This document shows, piece after piece, positions 1-9,155 of a DNA stretch of 28,785 nt. The notes beneath the pieces are model-generated. The model had not been told where the DNA came from. It saw only the letters and a list, made by a program, of their open reading frames with translations, and did not search any database. Positions within the stretch are counted from its first letter, which is position 1, and each line of letters starts with the position of its first letter. The DNA comes from a virus. Lineage: Duplodnaviria > Caudoviricetes. A program made the position numbers and the translations under genes. The stretch spans positions 1 through 28,785 of the IMG/VR virus record IMGVR_UViG_3300038492_000211, one strand, 5' to 3'.

Positions 1-17
1 GTTTCCCAGTCACGATC
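1..17 (+). other. Round A/B (SISPA-type) random amplification primer tag; library artefact
   Basis: Bases 1-17 read GTTTCCCAGTCACGATC, the fixed part of the Round A/B primer GTTTCCCAGTCACGATC-N9, at the very end of the sequence. Confidence 0.9.
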
Positions 18-1606
18 CGTGCATGAATATTCACTCCCGTTTCGCAAAAACGGTAAAGATTATCATGCACTTGATAATGGCGATTAATCAGATCTCCGTT
101 GTATCCATAGTGAGTGTCATTGTAAGAATCATCCTGCATCAGAATATCAGTGCCACGCTTGCACTCAAGCAATGTGTTTCCTTGCATGAGAACACGCCCT
201 GGCCTGAGCATCCCAACCTGATCTGCGTCTGCGGTTGCAGAATCAAGTAACGCTCCTTCAATACCAATCCCATTGCTCCAACCATGTGCAAATGAATTCG
301 TCACCGAAATACCATTTGCACCATAAAGTCCGGTCCAAATGCCTTGCCCGTTGGTTTTACCTGAAAAGCGCACACTATCCGCAGATAGGTCTGCTGAATT
401 CCAAAAATCCGGATCGCCAATAGCTACAATTCGATCAAGTCGGAAATGGTATGCAGATTCTGATTGATCAAGCTCTGTTGTCCCTGGATTTCCTCGAACG
501 TTAATACCATTAATCGTACCTGCAAGTGTATGCACGGTATCGACAATCACGCGCTCCATTGACAAATCTTGGCATCCAATAATTTCAAAACCAACTGAAC
601 CCGCATGATCTATTTCAATGTCGCGTAACGTTACTCGTTCAACATTGTTGATATAGAAATTCCCATTGACAAAATTGGGACCACCAGGATAGTCTGTTCC
701 GTTCCAAAGATCACCATTAAATAGCACGCTGAATCCCTCGAGGTGCAATCCCTTTTCGCGATCAGTGCGTGACGCTGTCTGTGATGCTGCGTTGTTCAGG
801 ATGTTGTATTGGAAAAATGCATAGCCCGTCGAATCATTGATATGGCCATCTGGCACCTGGAATACCGTAATCCCGACACCATCACCAATCAGCTTGAAGT
901 TCTGAAACGTACTGTCCTCTGACACTTGGATCATTGAGTAGTCCGTCGACCGGCTTTTGGTAGTGCTATGAACACCAGCCGGTGCATATACAACCACGCT
1001 CGAACTATCCTTGAGCGTAAAGCTATCGATGATTCCACGAATACCCTTTGAGATTTCGGTGGCGTTGAACCAGAACGGCGATGCCTTAACTCTCGAACTC
1101 TCATGCCAGATAACCGCACCACCTGATTGAATATCGAAAATCTGCTGGTATGGTGATGCCTCAAGCGATGCACCGGCCTCGATGAACAGCGTATCCGTTA
1201 AGGTCAATTTGCCACCAGGACCAAATCGCAACCCCACGTAAGCCTTGAGTGTATCGTCAGAGCTCAGTGTGACATTTGACGTGATGTCCACCAGTGCCGT
1301 GTCCGTTTCAGCACTGTCAAGTGCTGCAGCAATGCCACCGCTAATATCCTGGACATTGTAACCGTATTGCCTCACGATCTGCCCAAACGTGCGCCCTGAG
1401 ACATTGAATACCTGATTTGCCAATGTACTCGGAAGCGTGAAAGTCCGGTTTGATCCAAGCGTGTTTCCCGACGCACTCAGTGTAAATGAAATCGTATCAC
1501 CGGCCGCACTGATAAAATAGACCGGGTTCCGCTTGATATGGTACTTAATGTCCTGCGCGCCGAGACTGGTCACCAGGAACAGAAAGACTACAAATATTCG
1601 GCGCAT
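2..1606 (-). CDS. Tailspike / pectin-lyase-like parallel beta-helix protein with N-terminal signal peptide; runs off the window, absent from the ORF track
   Basis: Manual translation: ATG at 1606 with GAGGTG RBS, open to the window edge. Begins MRRIFVVFLFLVTSLGAQD; contains GGKLTL..EASPYQQIF, SPFWFN, VYAPAGVH, LIGDGVGITVF and repeated N/I/G-rich rungs (NVERVTLRDIEIDHAGSVGFEIIGCQDLSMERV). Lies at the end of the tail module. Confidence 0.8.
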   Translation of the reverse strand, partial: MRRIFVVFLFLVTSLGAQDIKYHIKRNPVYFISAAGDTISFTLSASGNTLGSNRTFTLPSTLANQVFNVSGRTFGQIVRQYGYNVQDISGGIAAALDSAETDTALVDITSNVTLSSDDTLKAYVGLRFGPGGKLTLTDTLFIEAGASLEASPYQQIFDIQSGGAVIWHESSRVKASPFWFNATEISKGIRGIIDSFTLKDSSSVVVYAPAGVHSTTKSRSTDYSMIQVSEDSTFQNFKLIGDGVGITVFQVPDGHINDSTGYAFFQYNILNNAASQTASRTDREKGLHLEGFSVLFNGDLWNGTDYPGGPNFVNGNFYINNVERVTLRDIEIDHAGSVGFEIIGCQDLSMERVIVDTVHTLAGTINGINVRGNPGTTELDQSESAYHFRLDRIVAIGDPDFWNSADLSADSVRFSGKTNGQGIWTGLYGANGISVTNSFAHGWSNGIGIEGALLDSATADADQVGMLRPGRVLMQGNTLLECKRGTDILMQDDSYNDTHYGYNGDLINRHYQVHDNLYRFCETGVNIHARIVTGK

Positions 1607-3141
1607 GGCAATTCCACCTCGTACATGGGTTCACCTGGTCTGAGTTCTGGCGCATAGTTTGGATTGGTCAACCACAACTCGCGATAAATATTCCTTCCAC
1701 GCCCTCTACCTTTTCCGGAAGCGTAATACGTGGACACATTGGCAGCCGTCATTGCGTATTTTTTCAAGTCCAGATCATCGATCAAAAACGATCCACCTGC
1801 AGAACTCCGGCCGAGCAAAATCTGGGTGGGCTCACAAACACCCTGAAATCCTGGCGTCGATGTTGCCTGTTTTAGAACTCCGTCGACATAAAGACTCATC
1901 ACTGCGGCCGCGTCTTGATCCCAAACAATCGCAATATGTGTCCAGGTGTCCGGATCCAGAAAGTCACCAGTAGGCGCAACCTGAGCACCGTTGCCACTAT
2001 CGTCATAGTACCGCATACTCACCTCGAAGTTGCCGGCAGCGTTCTTGACAACCCTGAGAAAGTCTTTTCCTGTCGATGTTTCAATCTGCATAATCCAGCG
2101 TTCAGCGCCATCGTTGTGATGGAACCGTGGCTTGATCCAAAAACAGACTGCACCTTTGCGTTCGTTGATGTCGTCCTTGTCGATCGGCAGTGTTACCGTT
2201 TCGACAGACCGTGACTGTGCGGACCCAGTCGTGAAGATGTCTGACGAGGCCACCGTGCGATCAAGTTCGAACTGTGGATTTTGAATCAGCACATCCTGGT
2301 TAAGTGTTGCATTGAGGAACTGATAGTACAACCAGACATTTCCACCAGCAAACAAGCTGTTTAGTGTATGGTATTGATATCGCCGCCATTCTGTGCTTAC
2401 CGCAAAGTATTCATCCTGACGCGTATTGCCAGACGCCGAGGACCGAATAAACGCCTGCAATGTTACAGGCTTAGTCAATGCCTTCGCCCAGAAGGACGCC
2501 ACCCATGTGGATGATGCAGTTGCAGAAATAGACGATGTATGCCAAATACCTCCAACTCCCGTAATGGTATTAGAGCTCAAATGCCATGCGGCATTGTTGC
2601 CTCGAATGTCTGGACAGAATGTTGCGCCATCAGCCGTCAATTCACTGTTGAATGTGGCAAACGCCGAGAATGAACCGTTGTTGATAATCTCATTCGTGGA
2701 CGCACTTTCAACCAATAACCCACCACCAAACTTGCCAGCCTCAAACCGTGGTTGGTTTACAGCAGCTTCCTTCACCAGACCATCAAACTGATCAATGTAG
2801 TTTCCAACCGATGCTCGAGATACAGATCCGTCGACATGATCATTGGACAACAGCGTTTGATTTTCGAATGACCAGTATGGCCCTTGCGTCTCATGAACCA
2901 TCAGTGCAAACGTCTGCCCTGACCTTGCATGGCGATAGAACCCGGCCAATTCATGATTGACCACCTGCCCCCTTTCATATCGAAAGCGTAGGTTGATTGT
3001 TGCCCTGTCTGGACCGTTAAGAAACTCAACTTTCCCCGATCGCGCAACGTTCTGTGAGCGTGCTCTTGTTTCTGGACGACCCATTGCGGACGGATCAACA
3101 GAAGTCCTAACCGTCCGGCCGGCATATCTAATCAGCGCCAT
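1588..3141 (-). CDS. Distal-tail (Dit)-like tail protein with inserted carbohydrate-binding and LamG/concanavalin-like domains
   Basis: GLLVESASTNEI motif, CBM-like ASFWAK..VSTEWRRY, LamG-like GAVCFWIKP..WTHIAIVWD..LYVDG..IDDL; short N- and C-terminal segments resemble a split Dit fold. Confidence 0.7.
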   Translation of the reverse strand: MALIRYAGRTVRTSVDPSAMGRPETRARSQNVARSGKVEFLNGPDRATINLRFRYERGQVVNHELAGFYRHARSGQTFALMVHETQGPYWSFENQTLLSNDHVDGSVSRASVGNYIDQFDGLVKEAAVNQPRFEAGKFGGGLLVESASTNEIINNGSFSAFATFNSELTADGATFCPDIRGNNAAWHLSSNTITGVGGIWHTSSISATASSTWVASFWAKALTKPVTLQAFIRSSASGNTRQDEYFAVSTEWRRYQYHTLNSLFAGGNVWLYYQFLNATLNQDVLIQNPQFELDRTVASSDIFTTGSAQSRSVETVTLPIDKDDINERKGAVCFWIKPRFHHNDGAERWIMQIETSTGKDFLRVVKNAAGNFEVSMRYYDDSGNGAQVAPTGDFLDPDTWTHIAIVWDQDAAAVMSLYVDGVLKQATSTPGFQGVCEPTQILLGRSSAGGSFLIDDLDLKKYAMTAANVSTYYASGKGRGRGRNIYRELWLTNPNYAPELRPGEPMYEVELPCAEYL

Positions 3142-5612
3142 TAAAAGAATCCTGTTGTCGATTTCAGGGATAGATTAATACCAGTTCGATACAACCCCAG
3201 ACCACGGAACTGCAGCGTTGGCCGGTCTGCTAACGTCGCGTCTGTTTCATACCAATCCACCTTGGCATATGAACCATTCTGCAAAGTCTGCGCATGCACG
3301 ATGAATTCCCAATCCTCTACACCCGTCAGTGCTGGATTGAACGGAATGTCCAGCAAGTGCTTTGCTTCCAACGTTGCGGCGCTGGCAATACCAACCTGCA
3401 GCCGCGCATACTTGTTCGCATCTGTTGCAGTCCCTGGCGGTGTCATCCGAATTGTATATTTCTGATAGTGACTTGCTGCGGCCGCCAGAGTCTGCATGTG
3501 GTAGTACGCATCGCTTGGCAACGTAGCAACCCCAAGTGTTGGCGATAATGCCAATGCACTGTCAGTGATATCCACCAGCGTTACATTATCGATCGACTCC
3601 TGATACGCCGTACCGAGCTTATGATATTCAAACGTCCTTAAACCAAATGTTGGATGCTCCAGAAAGTCAAACTCAGCAGACCACACAAAACAGCGTTTGG
3701 TTGCAATGCCACGGCCGCCTACATCGTGGTTAGGAATATCTGAATGCGACACCGCCACCGTGTCACCGGTGTAAACCAGTGCTTTTTTGTACCAAGTCTC
3801 TGCATGTAAATCCATCCCCGGATTGCTGTACAACATCAGCATGCGGCGATAGAAATACTTGACCTGGTCATTTTGCACAATGACCGATTGCAAACCTCGC
3901 AGATCGAACGACTTTTGAACTGTCTCGCCAAGCGTGTTGACTGAGGGTACCGACTGGATTTCGAACTCATTGTACCCAATATCCCGAAACGCTGTGCGCG
4001 TGGTTCTGATGTTGTTCATCAGCTCTTGATCTACCAAGCCAACACCAGGCTTGCCAATGATCGTATCATCTGACAACGTAATTGCTGTCAATGGACCTGC
4101 CGGCAAATCCAGAATATCCGGAATGTGGAGATTGATTAGGCCCAATTCGTCAATGTATGGGAAACACGGTGCCATCGCCTGCAATACCGTGCGGTGAAAA
4201 AACTCTGGCGTCGCCTCGGTTTGTGATAACACTTGACGAAAAGCCAGACTCCAAGTACCGTTGCGAATGCCATAGTATTTACCACATTTCTGCAGGATTT
4301 CACGAACATTCACCTGATCCTCTGGGATGCCCAAACCATAACCCGCGATGCCCAGATCATAAATACCGTTGTTGCCATCGTCAGTTGTCACCAGATACCG
4401 CACAAACAGCTCACCAGGATTGCGTTGGTGCATGATATAACCCTGATGCACATCGGTGCCGGCATCAATGATTGTACCACCGCTGTATGCCCTCATGCCT
4501 GTTAGCCGAAGCGTTGGTCGGTCTGCAAGCGTTGCACTGGTTTCCGTCCAGTCTGCTTTCAGGAAATCCGGGTACTGTGGATCACCCGGCAGAATCTTAA
4601 CTGAAAAATTCAACGTTGCCGTGTCGCTTGGCGTGTATGACAGATTACCCTCTGCTTGCGATTGAATAGATCCACCAGACAGCGCTGAGCAGACGACTTT
4701 CACCGTTCTGCTGGACGTGGTTGCACTGCCCGGTGGAACCAGCTCTATACCCATGACAAAGTTATCATGGCTCGCCCACTTCTGGGTGAACGTCGTACCA
4801 CGCTGAATGTAAGCGTCGGCCGCTTCGAATGTTGTTGATAACGTCGACGAAAGCGCCAAGGCACTGTCATTGACACCCGCCAGCGTCACCGCATACAATG
4901 GATTCGACGGTGGGATAGTTCCATTGTACAAGGGCGACTGCACCACATCGTCGCCGAACTCGCCCTGATCAAGCGTAATACCCTCGTAACCGATATAGTT
5001 ACTGCCGCCATGTATCAGCACCGGTTGATAACCCTGTGGCTCATAATCGAACGAGGACGACCCGCCATTGCCGTTGAAGCTGGAGCCATCTTCAAGCGCC
5101 AGTGTAATTTCACCTCGAATAAACGTTCTGGCCAAGCTGGTTTCAGGAATCACACGGAACACATCGCCATAGATCTTGTACAGTCCACCTTGGCATGCAA
5201 AGGACATCACCATGAGGTCACTGTCCATCGCGCGCTCTTTGATGAAAAAGTCCGGTAACCTGGTGAACTCAGCGAAGTTCAACTCCTCGTATCCGTACCA
5301 GACTTTGACCTTGCGCCCGTCCATGAAGTAGTTTCTCACCACATCCTGCACAACGCCAGCAGAGTCCAGAACCAGAGAAAAAGACATATCGCCGATTGTA
5401 TTACGCGTTTCAAGTGGATCTGCGTCAGCAAACATTCCTGAGCCGTCATCTTCCAGTAGCTGGAAAAACGTGGCATCAATGTCTGCAAAAGAGCCACTTG
5501 CAAAATAAACGTCCTGTGCGTTGTACTGCGTGCCATCAATCTGCACGATGTACACCGGCGTCTTCCGCTCTAACTCGTTGTAGGTGTTGAATGTTTGGGA
5601 TGAGGTAAACAT
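3141..5612 (-). CDS. Baseplate hub / tail-tip protein with an internally duplicated domain
   Basis: 823 aa directly after the tape measure gene; GRKVKVWYGY, PYIDELGLINL and LVYTGDTVAVSH segments typical of hub proteins. Confidence 0.7.
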   Translation of the reverse strand: MFTSSQTFNTYNELERKTPVYIVQIDGTQYNAQDVYFASGSFADIDATFFQLLEDDGSGMFADADPLETRNTIGDMSFSLVLDSAGVVQDVVRNYFMDGRKVKVWYGYEELNFAEFTRLPDFFIKERAMDSDLMVMSFACQGGLYKIYGDVFRVIPETSLARTFIRGEITLALEDGSSFNGNGGSSSFDYEPQGYQPVLIHGGSNYIGYEGITLDQGEFGDDVVQSPLYNGTIPPSNPLYAVTLAGVNDSALALSSTLSTTFEAADAYIQRGTTFTQKWASHDNFVMGIELVPPGSATTSSRTVKVVCSALSGGSIQSQAEGNLSYTPSDTATLNFSVKILPGDPQYPDFLKADWTETSATLADRPTLRLTGMRAYSGGTIIDAGTDVHQGYIMHQRNPGELFVRYLVTTDDGNNGIYDLGIAGYGLGIPEDQVNVREILQKCGKYYGIRNGTWSLAFRQVLSQTEATPEFFHRTVLQAMAPCFPYIDELGLINLHIPDILDLPAGPLTAITLSDDTIIGKPGVGLVDQELMNNIRTTRTAFRDIGYNEFEIQSVPSVNTLGETVQKSFDLRGLQSVIVQNDQVKYFYRRMLMLYSNPGMDLHAETWYKKALVYTGDTVAVSHSDIPNHDVGGRGIATKRCFVWSAEFDFLEHPTFGLRTFEYHKLGTAYQESIDNVTLVDITDSALALSPTLGVATLPSDAYYHMQTLAAAASHYQKYTIRMTPPGTATDANKYARLQVGIASAATLEAKHLLDIPFNPALTGVEDWEFIVHAQTLQNGSYAKVDWYETDATLADRPTLQFRGLGLYRTGINLSLKSTTGFF

Positions 5613-7346
5613 CTACTTAGAGCCCTGTTTCTGGACCCGTGTTGCTGGTATGCTGGTTTGCCACCTGGTAACCTGGCGTTCTAACATCGGTGACAACCGG
5701 CGTCTTACAAACTGCCCATCTACCAGACCGCCCTTAATGACATTGGTGATCTGCACACCACCGCCAACGGCCGCTGTACCGTTGTTGATCGAGTTAAGGA
5801 ACTCCTCACCGAACCGCCGCATTGCCTGGCGCGTTACCACACCCTCACCAATCTGCGCAGCGATCAGTGTATTGTCTCGACCAAAGTTCCCGCGCGCGCC
5901 GCGTGTGATCATACCACCGGTGGGATATCCTTTGATCTTGCCGCCATCAGCCAATGCCTCGACCGGACCACCATCAGCAAACGGCAGAAACTTTTTCACC
6001 GCCAAATTAATGGCCAACGTGAGCAATGTAGTAGCAACGCTTTTAATAATTTCGCCGACATCTTCAAGTTGGAAAATGATCGCATTCAATGCTCGACCGA
6101 CTTCAGACTGCAAAGCAGCTCCCAATTGCTCAGTCGCCCTAATGTTATCCTCGATCGTCACGCGCATATCGGCGGATGATTCAACTTCCTTCATGATGCC
6201 AGCCATGCGCATTGCTTGCTCAGTGCTCGCGCCCAGGTGCCGTTCGAAGAACTTGGCATGGTCCAGCATACGCTCAAGGTCTGTTCGTGTGTCAACAAAC
6301 GCCTCGCGCATACCGATGCCATCGGCGGCCATTCTGATTGCCGCCTGTTCCATGCCTCTGTATGCTTTGGTGGGTGTTTCAAGGTTTTTGCCGAGGTCCT
6401 GAACTGCCTTGTTGATCTTAGGCATTGTTTTCTCGGCAGTATCCTTAATACTTTTGCCTGCCTTGTCGGCCTCAGTAAGAACGTGGAATTCAGCTCTTAA
6501 TTGTCTTGACAACATTTGTCCGAATGAAGTCTCACCAAAAGAGCGAATACCGTCTGTGATTTTACCGATAAATTTGGCGGTACCCTGCAAAATGGGCATT
6601 AACGGCACCAATGTTTCACGGCCAAGTCCCTTGAATTGATCGATCAAATTACCTAAAGCGTCAACAGCCTTTTCTGACTTATCAGCCATATCAGAGGTAA
6701 TTACTGCACCGTACCGCTTTGAATCATCGATCAATTCTTTAATGCCCGACCTCTGCTTGCTGAGAATCTGCAGCATACTGACGCCCTCAGAATCGAATAG
6801 CTTAAACGCCAGGCGTAGCTTTTCCGAACTGCTTTTGACCTCACTGAATCGATCAGCCAATTGTGGCAACAGTTCCTCAAATGATAGAATGTTGCCCTCT
6901 GAATCCTTGACCCTTAGTCCAAGTTTCTTAATGGCTGGCGCAGCCTCACCGGATCCCATTGACGCAAATTCACCAATTCGGCGATTGGCACGCTGGACAG
7001 CCATATTGAAGTTATTGACCTGTACACCGCTGCGTCGTGCCACAAACTGCATGGCAGACAGAAATTCAACCGATTCACCAAGGCGTGTTGACAGCTTCCC
7101 AACACTATCTGCACCAGAGATGAGATCCTTGGCAAACTTTGCCGTTGCCAATGCGACCATTGCCCGCTTGAGCTTGCCAAATTGCTGCGTCAGTCCCTTT
7201 GTGGACATCTGCGCCTTTTTGGTCGACCTGGATATAGAGCTCGCTGTCTTGCTGGTCTCAGAGCGAATTTTCGCACTGACACCACGCAGTTTACCAGACG
7301 CGAGGTCGTCTACATCTACGGCAATTTCAAGTACCTTAGTCGCCAA
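5613..7346 (-). CDS. Tail tape measure protein
   Basis: 577 aa, helical and A/K/L-rich; LEIAVDVDDLASGKL start, LSTRLGESVEFLSAMQFVA and FADGG..GEGVVTRQA motifs; TTG start after the chaperone genes. Confidence 0.9.
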   Translation of the reverse strand: MATKVLEIAVDVDDLASGKLRGVSAKIRSETSKTASSISRSTKKAQMSTKGLTQQFGKLKRAMVALATAKFAKDLISGADSVGKLSTRLGESVEFLSAMQFVARRSGVQVNNFNMAVQRANRRIGEFASMGSGEAAPAIKKLGLRVKDSEGNILSFEELLPQLADRFSEVKSSSEKLRLAFKLFDSEGVSMLQILSKQRSGIKELIDDSKRYGAVITSDMADKSEKAVDALGNLIDQFKGLGRETLVPLMPILQGTAKFIGKITDGIRSFGETSFGQMLSRQLRAEFHVLTEADKAGKSIKDTAEKTMPKINKAVQDLGKNLETPTKAYRGMEQAAIRMAADGIGMREAFVDTRTDLERMLDHAKFFERHLGASTEQAMRMAGIMKEVESSADMRVTIEDNIRATEQLGAALQSEVGRALNAIIFQLEDVGEIIKSVATTLLTLAINLAVKKFLPFADGGPVEALADGGKIKGYPTGGMITRGARGNFGRDNTLIAAQIGEGVVTRQAMRRFGEEFLNSINNGTAAVGGGVQITNVIKGGLVDGQFVRRRLSPMLERQVTRWQTSIPATRVQKQGSK

Positions 7347-7654
7347 TTGTCAAGTGTTCCTTGATTTCCTGGTGCACAATAAAAAGGTCGTCAATGAGCC
7401 CTTTCAACTCCAGAGACGACCAATCTGGTTTATACGAGGCCAGAAACAACTCTGGACCGATCGCAAGCACCGGCTCAGATCGACCGAGCAGGCTCAATGC
7501 GATTTCAAAATTACGTTCTACTTTCTGCGTACAATCGGTAAAAGGGCAGCCCTCGCATGGATAAGGATCAATCCCGGTTATTTCCGCTATTTCTTTGCAG
7601 CCTTCACAGGTTTTTTTCGGGTAGTCCGCCCTGAACGCTGCGAGGTATTTGATT
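7336..7654 (-). CDS. Tail assembly chaperone -1 frameshift extension (gpT-like part of gpGT)
   Basis: The -1 frame opens right after CAT AAA AAA AAA and reads IKYLAAFRADYPKKTCEGCKEIAEITGIDPYPCEGCPF...HLTIGD*, ending at TAA 7338-7336 over the tape measure start. No ATG in this frame. Confidence 0.8.
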
Positions 7655-8054
7655 TTTTTTTATGGTCACCGGACAGTTCGTCCAGATCGAAGTTATTTGG
7701 GTCAACTGCCTTGTTTTGGATCCAGTTGTAAATATCGATTCTGACGGACCTAAGATACCGCTGCGCCTCATAGGTGCACTTGGTCATCCCTTCGCCGTCA
7801 TCGTCCATTACCTCATTCGTTGATGGATCAATCAATCTAATCTGACGCCAGTTGCGAATCATGTGACCAAGCATCAATCTAAACTGATAGTCTGCTGCAT
7901 CTTCGTCGGTAGCGTCATTGCTTTCCCGATATAGCTTGACCTCGGACTCAATACCATCCAAAGTAAGCTGCGATGTAAAAGCGATTTCAAATTCAGCGCC
8001 CGATTCATGAGGAAACCAGCGCGTTGTTGTGTCGGAAGCTCTAACTTCAAGCAT
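7587..8054 (-). CDS. Tail assembly chaperone (gpG-like)
   Basis: 155 aa between tail tube and tape measure; IRNWRQI motif; A9 run near the 3' end. Confidence 0.8.
   Translation of the reverse strand: MLEVRASDTTTRWFPHESGAEFEIAFTSQLTLDGIESEVKLYRESNDATDEDAADYQFRLMLGHMIRNWRQIRLIDPSTNEVMDDDGEGMTKCTYEAQRYLRSVRIDIYNWIQNKAVDPNNFDLDELSGDHKKKSNTSQRSGRTTRKKPVKAAKK
7653..7661 (-). promoter_or_regulatory. -1 frameshift slippery site (A9)
   Basis: Nine T on the + strand, read in frame as AAA AAA AAA, at the canonical G/GT position. Confidence 0.8.
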
Positions 8055-8078
8055 TTTACCACGTCCTTTGTTTAGTGA

Positions 8079-9146
8079 TTACAGTACAAGCAACCCCGTT
8101 TGAATCGTGTTGCGGAATACAAACCAGAAAGGATCTTGCCGAGACATGCCGTTTACAGCACTCTCAGTACCCAGAACCTTGAACGATAGTGGCTGCGTTA
8201 CCTTACCTGGTCCGTCAGTCACCTCGCCGTTGTCAATGATTTCCAGGTGCGGCATGTACAAATGCATACCGTAAGTCGCCAGAGCGCCAGCGGCATATCC
8301 AAAATCCAAGTACAGGTGCGCCTTTTTGCGAGTATCATTGCCCAGATCAGTCACCCAAGTATCCGCTGTCTTTGTGGGGAATTCCAGTTCGAGCATAACC
8401 TCCGGATATTCCCCGTCTGCCGGCTCTTGCATGACTGCCTCATTCCCGTCTACCTCGCCACATGCAGCGTTGTACGCTTCATTCCCACGCGCATACTTGA
8501 ACGATAAACTGGACGGCTTGACCAGGTTAGCGGCCGCCAGTGTCGCGCCGCTCTGATCACCAATCCAAAGCCTGGTGCGATCGAACACGCACAGATTCGA
8601 CTCAGTTCTCGGTGTCACTGAATTCATCAGCGTTGTAGTCACCATTGCTTGCTGCAGCCTGGCGTTGTGGACCTGATAGACCAATTGATAGAACTGACCC
8701 GCCTCGCCATTAAGCTCAAAGCCATCAAACTTGATCGACGGATAGCCATGCACAATTGCGCCGTCCTGCTTTTCCATGACCATTGAACCAAACACACCGT
8801 CAAGACTGCCGGCTGGAATGATCGTATGATCCATCGCGCCAGTTGCATGCAAAAGTGTATTGGCGGTTCCACAAGCCAGCGCAATCATTCTCTCGCTTTC
8901 ATCTGCCCTCAAATATTGCGTGATGCTTTTGGACTCAAGAGGATAGTTGCCCTTGACCGATTGCTCCAAGTGCCTTCTTCTCGCACCAAGCGAATCGTCT
9001 GGCAAAGACTCACGCGCCGGCACTCCAAGATCCTCTGCCAGAATATGAATCCCATCGTTTGCACCGAACCCGCCCACCGGCGCTGTATTCCACGTGGTGT
9101 TCCTAGTTAAACCAACCAGATAGTCTCTTTGAATGACGTTTGGCAT
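8079..9146 (-). CDS. Major tail tube protein
   Basis: 355 aa beta-rich protein between terminator and chaperone; GAGGT RBS; tube-like YLVGLTRNTTWNTAP, DHTIIP, FELNGEAG segments. Confidence 0.8.
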   Translation of the reverse strand: MPNVIQRDYLVGLTRNTTWNTAPVGGFGANDGIHILAEDLGVPARESLPDDSLGARRRHLEQSVKGNYPLESKSITQYLRADESERMIALACGTANTLLHATGAMDHTIIPAGSLDGVFGSMVMEKQDGAIVHGYPSIKFDGFELNGEAGQFYQLVYQVHNARLQQAMVTTTLMNSVTPRTESNLCVFDRTRLWIGDQSGATLAAANLVKPSSLSFKYARGNEAYNAACGEVDGNEAVMQEPADGEYPEVMLELEFPTKTADTWVTDLGNDTRKKAHLYLDFGYAAGALATYGMHLYMPHLEIIDNGEVTDGPGKVTQPLSFKVLGTESAVNGMSRQDPFWFVFRNTIQTGLLVL

Positions 9147-9155
9147 TTCAACCTC

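Noticed and set aside
23-1173. Short track ORFs in the first 1.2 kb
   Set aside because: Superseded by the continuous minus-strand tailspike ORF starting at 1606.
5584-7731. Long plus-strand ORFs of 272 aa and 329 aa
   Set aside because: Antisense shadows of the tape measure and chaperone genes; S/R/L-rich with no motifs.
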